Shown: positions 37,338 to 49,057 of the stretch, in pieces
How positions within the stretch are numbered: the stretch's first letter is position 1
Layout: every line of letters begins with the position of its first letter
Program-made: the position numbers and the translations under genes
Notes under the pieces: model-generated
Seen by the model: the letters and a program-made list of their open reading frames with translations, nothing else
Database searches by the model: none
Told to the model about the DNA's origin: nothing
Assembly: GCF_001194135.2 (NCBI RefSeq)
Contig: NC_069001.1
Coordinates: forward strand, 3,853,880-3,917,879
Length of the DNA stretch: 64,000 bases
Reading direction: 5' to 3'
Origin: Octopus bimaculoides
Lineage: Eukaryota

Positions 37338-37388
37338 AGCTTGGCTGATGAGGTCACAGACTGAAATTTGTCTGAAGTTGTCTCCCTT
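37338..37388 (+). ncRNA. Minimal type-I hammerhead ribozyme motif (copy 2), core residues intact
   Basis: AGCTTGG, CTGATGA (37345-51), GGTC-ACA-GACT, GAAA (37363-66), TTT, GTC (37370-72), TGAAGTT. Helix II has 4 bp, the triplet is GUC, and helix I pairs at 6 of 7 positions. Confidence 0.65.
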
Positions 37389-37409
37389 GTATTTGCCAGA
37401 AACACAAGA

Positions 37410-37655
37410 ATATGTAAAAAGCATCTGTGCTGGTGCCATGTGGAGGACACCCATGCTGGTGTTACATAAAGAGCACTTATGCTGGCACCATGTAAAAAAG
37501 CACCCAGCACACGCTGTAAAGTAGTTGGTATTAAGAAGGGTGGCTAGCTGTAGAAACCAAGCCAAAATAGATGACTGGTGCTTGGTACAACACTCAAGCT
37601 CACCAGCTGAGTGTCAAACTATCCAACCCATGCCAGCATGGAAAACGGATAGGAT
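37410..37655 (+). mobile_element. SINE-like family B
   Basis: Matches consensus through catggaaaacgga. Confidence 0.85.
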
Positions 37656-37719
37656 GGTACTGTAGGCTGCAGGCAGCAAGCCCACTAAACCTGCAAGACT
37701 CTAGGAATTCCAACAAAAC

Positions 37720-38130
37720 CCATGCCCGCGTCACGTAAAGTGCACATAAAAAAAGCACTCAATACACTCTATAAAGTGGTTGGCATTTGGAAGGGCATCC
37801 AACTATAGAAGCCAAGCCAAAACAGATGACTGGAGCCTGGTACAGTCCTCTATCTCACTGCTCCGCAACCTTTTTCCACTTTTGGTACATTTATATTTTT
37901 TTCAAAATTTGGTGGTACACCTGAACTAAAAATACAACTAAAAGTATAGAAGAAAAAAATTATATTCAGGTTACACTGTGGCACACCTAGCATGGTCTCA
38001 TGGCACACCAGTGTGCCACGGAATACTGGTTGTGGAGCACCACTCTATCTTACCAGCTCCTGTCAAGCCATGCAACCCACGCAGGGCCAACCCCTCCCCT
38101 CGGACAAAAACTGATGATGATGGTGATGAT
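37720..38130 (+). mobile_element. SINE-like family B split by a hAT MITE
   Basis: The B sequence stops at 37855 and resumes at 38043. Confidence 0.85.
37856..38042. mobile_element. hAT-like MITE (187 bp) with perfect 8-bp TSD CTCTATCT
   Basis: TSD at 37848-55 and 38043-50. TIRs CACTGCTCCGCAACC and GGTTGTGGAGCACCA match at 11/15. Subterminal GGCACACCAGTGTGCC palindrome. Confidence 0.88.
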
Positions 38131-38969
38131 GATAATTAATATGGCATATTTCTCTTCTCACGTATTTATTTCAAGGTAGTTTTTAATGCTATATGTATAA
38201 GATATGTCTGCACAACTTAGTCTATCTGCCTGTCTCACCACACAATTATTTCTAGCTCACTTTTAATGCTTTATGTATTAAATAACACAAGCTTAATTAT
38301 CTGTCTGTTTCTCAGTTGATCTGTCTGTCTACCTATCTATCCATTAATCTGTCTATTTGTCTGTCTACCTGTTTCTCTTATCATATTTTATTTACTTAAC
38401 TTGTTAATGTTCTGTGCCAATGTTTTCCAAAATGGGTACCACATAAAACTTTGGACGTTCTATAAGATAAGGTGCCTTTAAATAAATTGAATAAAAAATT
38501 AATTTCTATAAAACAGAGGAATTAACCAGAAATCCGAATAGAGTGTCCAGTGGAACTGTTACAAACGGATTGATTATTTGGCATGGCCAGAATAATCAGG
38601 AAAGTATTAGATAGTTAAAAAGAACAAATAGCATGGTACCACAAGCTGCAGGGAGCCAGCCTGCTACACTTGTAAGACTCCAGGAGTTGGGGAGTATCAT
38701 AGCCTTGTGTTGAGAGGAATTCTTTGGGGTTTGAATAATTCACCTCTGGAAACATGGGTGTTTCGTTCATCATCCTTAAACAGACCTTATTTAGGGACCT
38801 ATTGAGTCTGATGGGCTACTCAACCTGAAGGAAATTCTAACTGGGCCCCACCTGCAAGGTCATGTGCTATTAATCTTGAGATAAGGTCACCATGTCATGC
38901 ACATGTGGATGTGATGCATGTGCCTGGTGTACCCTTATCATTATGGGGATGTAAATGGGAGAAAGAAGA

Positions 38970-39330
38970 TGATGTGTGCTGAGCTGGTGAGGTTATGGTT
39001 GAAGCAATGAGTGACAAGTAAAGTGCAGGGGATTTGCAGGTCAGCCCCAGCGTAAAGCCTACAACATGCTGGACATGACAAAGGGGGCTAGTAAGCAGAA
39101 GGCCACCAAATTAGCTATTGAGGTAGTAAAGACTGTCTCAATTTGGCTGTGGTGGGTCAAGAGGTGTAAGACCTGAAAGAGTAAAGCTAACTGGACACAA
39201 ACCAGGACTTGATCAAACCTGTTGGGTCAACAGGGTGAGGTTGTCTGATTGCCGAAAGGCCTGAAATACCTCACAACCCTTGGAAATATCACTGATGATG
39301 TGTCCAGGTGCATCAAAGGATGAACAACTA
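38970..39330 (+). mobile_element. HERO-like (RLE-type) non-LTR retrotransposon 3' relic
   Basis: 39021-39176 reads KCRGFAGQPQRKAYNMLDMTKGASKQKATKLAIEVVKTVSIWLWWVKRCKT*, resembling the recalled HERO C-terminus GCRGF.GQS..RA...A.E.AEKAS.WLW.KR. 3'UTR hairpin GGAAATATCA-CTGA-TGATGTGTCC at 39282-39305. Confidence 0.75.
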
Positions 39331-39367
39331 GTTTAGTGTTTATTATCATCATCATCATCATCATTGA

Positions 39368-39585
39368 TGGTGGCAAGCTGACAGAATCATTAGCCTGCTG
39401 AATGAAATACTTAGCGGTATTTCGCCTGTCTTTATGTTCTGAGTTCAAATTCCGTTGAGGTTAACTTTGCCTTTCATCCTTTCAGGGTCGATAAATTAAG
39501 TACCAGTTGTGTACTGGGGTTGATGTAATCAACTTATGCCCTCAGCCAAAATAGCTGGCCTTGTACCAAAATTTGAAATCATCAT
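39368..39585 (+). mobile_element. SINE family C, full length
   Basis: ggtggcaagctgacagaatc...gagttcaaattcc...tttcatcctttcagggtcgataaattaagtaccag...ggccttgtaccaaaatttgaaatc. Confidence 0.9.
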
Positions 39586-39957
39586 CATCATTATCATTTT
39601 AATGTCCACATTTCCGTGCTTGTATGGGGTTTACTGAAACACATTGTCTATGGTTGGGTGCCCTTCCTGTGGCCAACCCTCACCCGTTTCCAAACAAGGT
39701 CATATTTCCCCACAGCCAGAAATGTTTACATAGAATACTGGAAATGAATGACACCCATTCACCACTACCATGCAAAGTCAAGGCAAGGAGAACACAAATA
39801 TATATATACATACATATACAGCAGGCTTCTATTTAGTTTCCATCAACCAAATCCATTCACAAGACTTTAGTCAGCCTCAAGTTATAATTAACGATTATAT
39901 CAAATAGTAAATAGTCAGGTGGTAGTGGTAGTATTGCTAGTATTTATCGTAGTATTG

Positions 39958-40017
<60 letters not shown>

Positions 40018-40468
40018 ACAGTAGTAACAGCAGCAGCAGCCACGATCTTACATGCTAACAGACACTGATATGATGTATATAAAATAAATGTGTGTGCACA
40101 TCAATGTGTGTGTGTGTAGTGTGCATATTCGTGTATATGAATGCGTGAGCACATACACACACACACACACACACACAGATGTTTCTGCATATATGAACGT
40201 GGGTGACAGCAGCCAGGATCTAAGACCTTCAGGAAGATGTAGAAGGCACCGCAGTCATGCACAAAGGGTTCATTGTACCAAAGCTGAAATGTTTGACTGG
40301 TTGATTGTTGAAGTGAACTGGGCTACGGTGACGTATAATAACAGGAAATATCTAATGTTCGTCCACCAAACAGAATCCTCAAAGATATCACAGATCGAGG
40401 GACAGGACATCCTAGTATCACTCAACAACACCAACACATCCTCTTTCTCTTTCTTTCACATGCACACA

Positions 40469-40552
<84 letters not shown>

Positions 40553-40685
40553 TGCAATCTGAACCAGGAAGGTAGTTTCTATATGGCTGATTGCTCAGTC
40601 CTGTGAGAAAATAGGTATCCAAATCACACCCCATCCTTCTATAAAAGAAAAAGAAAAAAAAGACATACAGTCCTAGATAGATCTA

Positions 40686-40945
40686 TCATCATCATCGTTT
40701 AATGTCTGCCTTCCATGCTGGCATGGGTTGAACGGTTTGTCAAGAGCTGGCCAGGCAGTGAGCCTGCACAAAGCTTCTCTTTTGGCAGGGTTTTTAAAAG
40801 CAACTATACAGCAGAGTGGCTAGAGTGCTTTTTATGTGGCACAAGCACAGGCAAGGGCAGTTTTGGCATGGTTTTTACAGCTGGATGCCCTTCCAAACAC
40901 CAACCACTTTACAGTGTGGACTCGATGCTTTCTACGTGGCATCAA
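40686..40945 (-). mobile_element. SINE-like family B
   Basis: Reverse-complement match with (ATC)n at the left end. Confidence 0.85.
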
Positions 40946-41087
40946 CACGACAAATGACAATAAAGGAGCTAATAAAAAGAAATAAAATGAGATGGTAATA
41001 AAATAACTGATAAGAATGAAGGAAGCTGCCAACATTAGACTGAATTTAAACAGATCAAGATCACATTCATTTTGTTTCATTCTGATT

Positions 41088-41420
41088 TAAACTTCTAGCA
41101 TTTAAACCAGCCAATACCAGGCCCAAATATTCTATCTGCTTTATGTTCAAACTGGTCAGATTAAACCTCTCACACATACCCTACAATGTCATTCTAAAAA
41201 TAAACAATCACATCATCAAAATTTCAAAGCTACAAGATAATGTACGATTGGCTCCTGTGCAGGTGACACGTAAAAAGCACCATTTGAGCATGGTTGATGC
41301 CAGTACTGCCTGATTGGCCCTCGTGCCGGTGGCACATAAAAGCACCAACTACACTCTTGGAGTGGTTGGCATTAGAAAGGGCATCCAGCTGTAGAAACTT
41401 TGCCAGATCAGATTGGAGCC
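41088..41420 (+). mobile_element. Partial MITE E (41088-41249) joined to partial SINE B (41250-41420)
   Basis: The E body ends gataatgtacgatt and B starts ggctcctgtgcagg. Confidence 0.82.
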
Positions 41421-41674
41421 TCACATCACTAATCTATATATATATATATATATATATAGTATCCTAAGAGCTGATCGTTTTTTTGGTATCGTAATACCAG
41501 TAATATACTGTCATAATAACTATAGTCACTATATAGGGGCTGAGACATTGACCTGTAGTATTTGGCTCTGTTCCTAGTAAAAAAGATTATACATCAATAC
41601 ATACCTACATCCATATCATATATACATACACACACACATACATATATCATGTATGTATGCTTGTATCTATATGT

Positions 41675-41705
<31 letters not shown>

Positions 41706-42256
41706 TGAGCTGATCTGATCTAGGTAACAGTTGATGCAGTTCATTAACAAAATGTCAGCAGTGCCAAAATATCTGGCCAACAAAAGAATTCTATAAAGAA
41801 GGGAATTAAATACGAGTCAATAAGAAATGTGGTTGTTGTTGTTGTTGTTGTTGTTGTGGTGGTGGTTGTGATGTTTGTTTTCTGAAGAACTATTGTTTTG
41901 GTCTCTTTGGTGGAGCTGTTGTCGTCATCGTCGTCGTTTTTATTTATTGTACCAATGTTCAACAGAATAGCTTCATTAACTGCCCACACCACACACCAAT
42001 ACTCTACCTTCATCAACTGCACAATTTGTGATATTTCGTTATTTGGTGGTGGTGTTGGCGGTGGCGGTGGCGGTGGCGTGGAAAAAAAAAATTGAAAAGA
42101 AAATTCCTTCATGTCCTACATTCAAAACACACACACATGCATATATATTCCTGCACATGCCAACTATATTTACATACATGCATACAGACATGCATACATG
42201 CATCAGTATTCTTTTATTTTGAATATGTGTTTTTGTTGTGTGTGTATGTATGTATG

Positions 42257-42292
<36 letters not shown>

Positions 42293-42444
42293 CAAATTTT
42301 GGGCACTTGCATTTTATCTCTAACTTTTCAGTGAATGCGTAACTGACAACGACTATGTTTGAGAAATAACAGTCAAATCTCCCTCAAATCACATCTTAGC
42401 ATCACAGACTGGTTCCTATTATATATTTATTGGTGATAGACATA

Positions 42445-42832
42445 GGCATGGCTAGATGCAGGTATGGCTGTGTGGTAAGTAGTTTACTTCCCATCCAAAT
42501 GGTTTCAGGTTCAATCCTGCTGTGTGGCACCTTGGACAATAGTCTTCTACTTTAGCCTCGAGCCAACGATTGCCTTGTGAGTGGATTAGGGAGACGGAAA
42601 CTGAAAGAAGCCTGTTGTGTGTATTTGTGTGTGTGTTTGTATCCTACCACCGCTTGACAACAGGTGCTGGTGTGTTTACATCCATGTAACTTAGTAGTTT
42701 GGCAAAAGCGACCGATGGAATGAGTACCAGACTTAAAAAGAATAAGTACTAGAGTCGATTCTTTTGACTAAAATTCTTTAAGGTGATGCTCCAGCATGGC
42801 CGCAGTCTAATGACTGAAACAAGATAAAAAGA
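42445..42832 (+). mobile_element. SINE family A, full length
   Basis: Head tggctgtgtggtaag...ggttcaatcc, central TG tract, tail ccagcatggccgcagtctaatgactgaaacaag. Confidence 0.9.
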
Positions 42833-43377
42833 TATGCCTGGTTATTACCCTGTGCCCTACTCTATTATTACGATGGACAACCAGTGCCATCAGCATTCCC
42901 ACCATACCACCACCACAACCACTATCGCCAGGGGCCGCAGAATCCCCCCTCTCTTGCCTCTAAGCATATGACCATCACTACAAGAACCACCATTAACCCT
43001 ACCTGTATCAGCAGCAGCACCACCACCACCACCGCCACCACCAAAAAAAAAAAAAAAAATTACATGCCTCTGTTTTTACCCAGTTTGTTTGCTAGATTGA
43101 TTGACTGGACGTTGTCCTCCATTCTGAAATATCTCAAGAGAAAACTGAAGATAAAAAGTAAATAATTGCTTAAAATAGAGCAATAATAGGAGTAAAACTG
43201 TTGATGTTTTATCAAGTTATTTGTACATTAAACATGTACATGTTCCAGCTTTATTCAATGTAACATAAGTCAGACCAGCTATGGATCACACACACAAAAC
43301 GAAATGCAAATGTTGTTATGTACGTAAGTACACTGGTGCATAGCAACACAATTCCTTCCAGATATTGCTTGCTGTAA

Positions 43378-43784
43378 TAATCCTTTCTTATTTTGGTACA
43401 AGATCAGCAATTTTGAGGGGTGGAGAGGTCGATTAGAACCAATCCCAGGGCTAAACTGGTACCGAATTCATTCACTCTGATAGGATGAAAGCCAAAGTCA
43501 ACCTGGGCAAAATTTGAACTCAGAACGTTAAGACAAACAAAATGCTGCTAAATATTTTGTCTGGCATGCTAACAATTCTGCCAGTTATGATAACAGTTAG
43601 AATCAGTGATCATATCAATCAATCACATCAACCCCCAGTATTTGACTGGTATCTAATTTATCGACCCCGAAAGGATGAAAAGCTAAAGCCGAACTTAGCA
43701 GAATTTGAACTCAGAATATAGTAACAGGCAAAATATCGCTAAGCATTTCGTTTAGTGTACTAACAATTCTGCCAGCTCACCGCC

Positions 43785-43829
<45 letters not shown>

Positions 43830-44035
43830 TACTATAGACACAAGGCTTGAAATTTTGGCAGGTGGGGAGATGAGGAATAGTCAATTATATTGCCCCCGGT
43901 GCTCAACAGGTACTTATTTTCATTGACCCCGAGAGGATGATAGGCAAAGTCTACCTCAGTGGAATTTGAACTTAGAACGTAAAGATGGAAGAAATACTGC
44001 AAAGCATTTTGTCCAGATTCTGCCAGTTTGCTGTC
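43378..44035 (-). mobile_element. Three head-to-tail SINE C copies (43378-43585, 43610-43785, 43829-44035)
   Basis: Each has aggatga..g.caaagtc..c...g.aatttgaact.agaa. Copies 2 and 3 are separated by (AAT)n. Confidence 0.88.
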
Positions 44036-44321
44036 TAAATAATAATAATGACGATAATTTCTTACATAATAACAGTTTCTTACATAATAATAATAATAAT
44101 AATAATGATAATAATAATAAAGTTAAATAATTCATGCCAACCTTTAATTTCCTCTGTAATTTGGAGGAAATTTGAGAAAATTTTAGCAATTATTATTGCT
44201 AAGTTCATTTGAAAAGAAGACGGAAGAACAACATATTAAAAAAATAAGACAAGAATAAACGACAAAAACAAGAAGACAGAGAAGAAGACATGATTAAGCA
44301 ATAATAGGAGTTAAGTTGTCA

Positions 44322-44541
44322 TCAGAAAGGTGGTGGTATTTTGGCGCCGTCGTTTATATACGATATTAGCAGAGTTCTATATTTCAATGATGATCCTGTT
44401 GGTGCCAATTTAAGAAAAGTTCTCGAGGAACATTTCAAAAGTGGACTCCACCTTTTAAGTTGGTCAGGAGGCGGAGCGGAACATCGGGCAAAAAGTAGAG
44501 GCGGTCTGTATCCTGTCACTGATTCGTATCCTGTCAACTAG
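44322..44541. other. CpG-rich unique island, possible exon or promoter (strand unresolved)
   Basis: About ten CpGs in 190 bp. Overlapping open frames on both strands share third codon positions. No product recognised. Confidence 0.3.
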
Positions 44542-45321
44542 TTCTTTGTGGAACAGCTTGGTCTAGCTAACCATAAACAGGTACAACAGTGGGGTGAGGT
44601 GGGAAGATCAGAGTTGTAAACAGTGGGTGCACTGGGAAATTGCTGAGTGTTTCATTTAGATTCTGATGCATGATTCAATGTCCACTTCAGTTGGTTATAC
44701 CTTAGTGCTTGAGAAGACATGTTGAGATCAGTAAAATTGGGGCCATACATATATACAGATATGTCTTTTATGCTGTGCCCCCAACTCCCACTGATAGCTG
44801 AGGGGTCCTTGTCTTTCAGGCACACAGGTGCTGGTGCTATGCACAAAGCACTTGTGTTGGTGTCACATAAAAAGTACCTGTGCTGGTGTCACATAAAAAC
44901 ACCCGTGCTGGTGTCAGGTAGAAAATTTACAAACATCACGTGATGCACAGAAATGATGTGCTTTTTTCAGTTTTTCTTTACCAAATACACTCACAATGCT
45001 CTGATGGTCCCAAGTCTGATTGTCCCAAGTAAAAGACACTGGCCTGAGGGGTCATTGAATTGTACATTGTTGGTATACTCTAGGGTGTCATAAATCCCCC
45101 TGATTTGGGTTCTTTTCATTTGATTATATATATACATATATATAAATAATAATATTATTAGGGATAAAAATCCAAATTTACAGGTAAAAACTCAATTAAA
45201 TTCAATTTATTAAAAATTAAAATTAAATTAAGTTTTACAGTATAAATATAAATATATAGTTTTAGGGAAAAGAACCAAGGTACATGAACTCATCGATGAA
45301 AATCCACTGTCACATATAGAA

Positions 45322-45356
<35 letters not shown>

Positions 45357-45607
45357 TTATATATATGTATGTGTGTGAAGGTAAGATCCAAGGATCAAGG
45401 TGTAGGAAGTTAGTAAACTTCAGGCAGTCTGTAGAAAGTATAAACAGGAACCATAATGGTTTACTGATGTAACAGGTTGTAAAATTTTCCCATACCGAAG
45501 TTCAATAAACTGAAAAAATTGTTTTATAGCTTATGGTTAGCAGCTGGGATCTGTGTGTGTGTGTGAATAAAAATCCAAATTTAGGGAACAGATTATATAT
45601 ATATATA

Positions 45608-45690
45608 GTTGAAATTTATAGGAAAACAAAAGATGAAGACAGGTGTATGAACAACAAGCAGGTGTATTAGCTTGACGCTGGGAGGGCTGT
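45608..45690 (-). mobile_element. Penelope-like terminal fragment after (TA)n
   Basis: gaagacaggtgtatgaacaacaagcaggtgtattagcttgacgct is homologous to 2040-2090 and 4340-4400. Confidence 0.45.
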
Positions 45691-45778
45691 GAAGGTTCAG
45701 TTGTTTGATCAATTGGATTACCTACACATTGAATTAGTATATAAATGGTGGAAGTATTTTCCACAGACGCATACACCC

Positions 45779-46250
45779 TTAACCTTTTCACTGCAGAAAT
45801 CAGAAATCTCTAAATTTCATTACCCATAACTGCAGAATGCAGTTTTATGTACCTTTTATATATCTTTTGTTGAGGAATTTCATGTTTGAAATGATTTTCT
45901 GTAGAGATATGACAAGTTTACTGAGGCAGCATGACTTGCAGAAAATACCAATTCTATTTTTTGGTAGATATTTAAAATCCTTACTAGAATAACCATGAAA
46001 TTTAATTTTGCAGTTTAAAGAGTTGAACAAACTAACAGTGTGTGCATGGTTTGAGTTAGGAGGGGTATCTAGCCATGAAAACCCAGTCTCAAAGAACTCC
46101 TTGTTTGAATCTGTGCTGATATGAACAAACAGAAATTTATTGAGGTAACATGATTTGCAGAAAATACCAATTCTATTTTTTGGTAGATATTATTTTTAAC
46201 ACCATTACTGGAATAACCGAGAAATTTAATTTTGCAGTTTAAATGGTTAA
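45779..46250. mobile_element. piggyBac-like MITE with duplicated right end
   Basis: TTAA-CCTTTTCACTGCAGAAAT left; AATTTTGCAGTTTAAATGG-TTAA right; 219-bp-period duplication with a 37-bp identical core (45936-72, 46155-91). Confidence 0.65.
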
Positions 46251-46929
46251 TGTGATTCTCAGAAAGAGCTAGCAGAATGGCGTGTAACAATGCTATATCT
46301 TTGAATTACAAACGTAATCCATGTGATGGGCTTCTATGCAGTTTCCATCTACCCAATTTCATTCACAATGTAGGAAAAAAAATCAATCCAAGGCTATAGA
46401 AATCGAAGAGGGTTGTAATTCTAAATAAGAGCTGACTTTGACTGTAACAATCTGTCTGACCCATTTGCAAGCATTTGTAAAATGCTGATGGTGATNNNNN
46501 NNNNNNNNNNNNNNNNNNNNNNNNNNNNNNNNNNNNNNNNNNNNNNNNNNNNNNNNNNNNNNNNNNNNNNNNNNNNNNNNNNNNNNNNNNNNNNNNNNNN
46601 NNNNNNNNNNNNNNNNNNNNNNNNNNNNNNNNNNNNNNNNNNNNNNNNNNNNNNNNNNNNNNNNNNNNNNNNNNNNNNNNNNNNNNNNNNNNNNNNNNNN
46701 NNNNNNNNNNNNNNNNNNNNNNNNNNNNNNNNNNNNNNNNNNNNNNNNNNNNNNNNNNNNNNNNNNNNNNNNNNNNNNNNNNNNNNNNNNNNNNNNNNNN
46801 NNNNNNNNNNNNNNNNNNNNNNNNNNNNNNNNNNNNNNNNNNNNNNNNNNNNNNNNNNNNNNNNNNNNNNNNNNNNNNNNNNNNNNNNNNNNNNNNNNNN
46901 NNNAAATAAAAGAAATTTTATTTAACAAA

Positions 46930-47190
46930 GTGTGACGCTAAAGACCGAGGTTACCGTGGTCTTTTCGTAGGTTTTTCTTTCCACGGATAACCTCCCCATT
47001 TATTGGGAATTTTTTGTATTATTTCGTATTTTTTGTAAATACCCCAAACGTTTTGCGATGTTTTTTTTTCATCGTTGTCCCCACTTTTGTTTTTTTTTTC
47101 TGCTTTGTTTTCGACCCCCTCGAAAAGAAAAACTCTACATTTGTATTTTGTCCCCTCTGTGTTGAGCCCTGTGTGGCTAATAAAGAAACC
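46930..47190 (+). mobile_element. Young LINE-like 3' end sharing its tail with SINE C type 1
   Basis: CpG-rich, T-rich 3'UTR-like sequence. 47147-47188 matches SINE C tail 10658-10699 at 34/42 ungapped. Clade unknown (L1/Tx1-like is a guess). Confidence 0.55.
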
Positions 47191-49057
47191 TATCTATCTA
47201 TCTATCAATCAATCCGTCTATCTATGAATGTATATCTGTCTGTCTATCCATGTATGCATGTATCCATGTATGTACATATGTGCATATATATGTATGTCAT
47301 TATTCAGTTTATTTCAAGATTTCTTGCCAATAGAGAAAGAACCGGTTTCTAACCTAGATCCAAGGCTGCTCCTTCATTGGAATTTCAACATCAACAACAG
47401 GCTATTTTTGTATGTATGTATGTGTGTGTGTATGTATGTATGTATGTATGTATGTTTGTGCTGATGTGTATGTTTTACGTATGTATTCTCATGCATATAG
47501 TTGCATATGTATGTATCTCTCTCTATCTATCCATTATCTATCTATCTACCTACATATCTTTCTTTGTATGTATCTAACTGTTGGTATGTCCATCTGTCTG
47601 TCTATCAATCTATCTGTCTGTTTACATGTTAGGCTGTCTGTCTCTCAATCTATCTACGTGCATGTACACATACACACACACACCTACACAAAAACATACA
47701 TACACACATACAAACAACAGGAGACAGTTCTACTTTGTGATTTGTAAACAAGTCTTCTGAAGCGTGTGTCCGTATGGTAGTAGTGTATATATTTGCCTGT
47801 GTATGAGCACAAAGTATATATGTGCATGTGTGTGTATTGTGTATGTGTGTGAGACTGCATGGGATGGGTTGGGAAATGAGGATGGGTTAGGGTGGGAGAG
47901 GAAGAGGGCGGGGGTGCCGGTCAATTCATATTTAGAATATTTGCCAACAAAACCAAAATAATATTTCTCTTTTCTATCGATATAATATAATTTGTTTATG
48001 GTAAACAACGTTTTATTTTTAGGTTTTGTTTTTTTTTTGTTTTGGTCTCCTCCTTCCCACCTCCCCCGTTAATCCAGATATATATCATACAGGATCTATA
48101 GATTCTGAGAGAGGGAAAGGGTGTGACCAACCCAATGCGCACGTACACACACATCTATATATGAGTGTGTATGTGTGTGTATATGTATATATATATATAT
48201 ATATATATTACATATATACACACATATACATAATTACACAAAGTTACAAACACAGGTATGTATGCAACTAAATATATACATACTACAAACATCTACACAT
48301 ACACAGAATAGCAAACTATTACACACATGGACACAGAATTCCACACAAACAAAGTTACACAGGCATACACATAAAGTTACAAATACATACAACATACACA
48401 CACACAGCTATACACAACCACACATGCACATAGATATGCTTAAACAACTCATATACAGAACTACGCATACATACAATCACAACTGTATATAACTGTGCAC
48501 ATACATACACACACATACATACACACACATACATACATACATAGACAGACAGACAGATATAACTACACATGCACGACGACACACACATACAGCTATACAC
48601 AATGAAACCCCCGCACACACAGATAACTAAACATGAATACAGCTATATGTACTAAGAGACATACACATACACACACAGTTACACATACATGCTCCTAAAC
48701 AACCACACACATACTTACACAACCACACACACACACACATACAAAGTTACACAAATATGCAGCTATACAACCACACGCACACAGAGCTATACACAACCAC
48801 ATACAAACACCTATATAGTCAAACACACTGCTACACACACACACACACACGTCTACATACATGCATCACTGCCTCCCCCACACACACAAACACAACTGTA
48901 CAGATATATACATCCACACACACACACACATATCTAGACATACCAACATAACCACTCCACACCACACACCCCTACTCCTCCTAATCAAAATACATGGCGA
49001 CCCATGAAGCAAAAAAGAAACAAAGAAATTCAACAAACCATACCATTTACATTAGTT

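Noticed and set aside
39292-39305. CTGATGA in the HERO-like 3'UTR, and CTGAGGA..GAAAC at about 58615, as hammerheads
   Set aside because: The first is a hairpin loop with no downstream GAAA. The second has no helix II and is SINE B sequence.
40200-40440. CpG-containing unique stretch with several partly open frames
   Set aside because: Open frames on both strands, none with recognisable homology or a convincing splice-site pair.
45936-46215. Hairpin followed by CTAG/CTGG as Helitron 3' ends
   Set aside because: Homology continues past the CTRR in both copies, and TTAA-flanked TIRs explain the region better.
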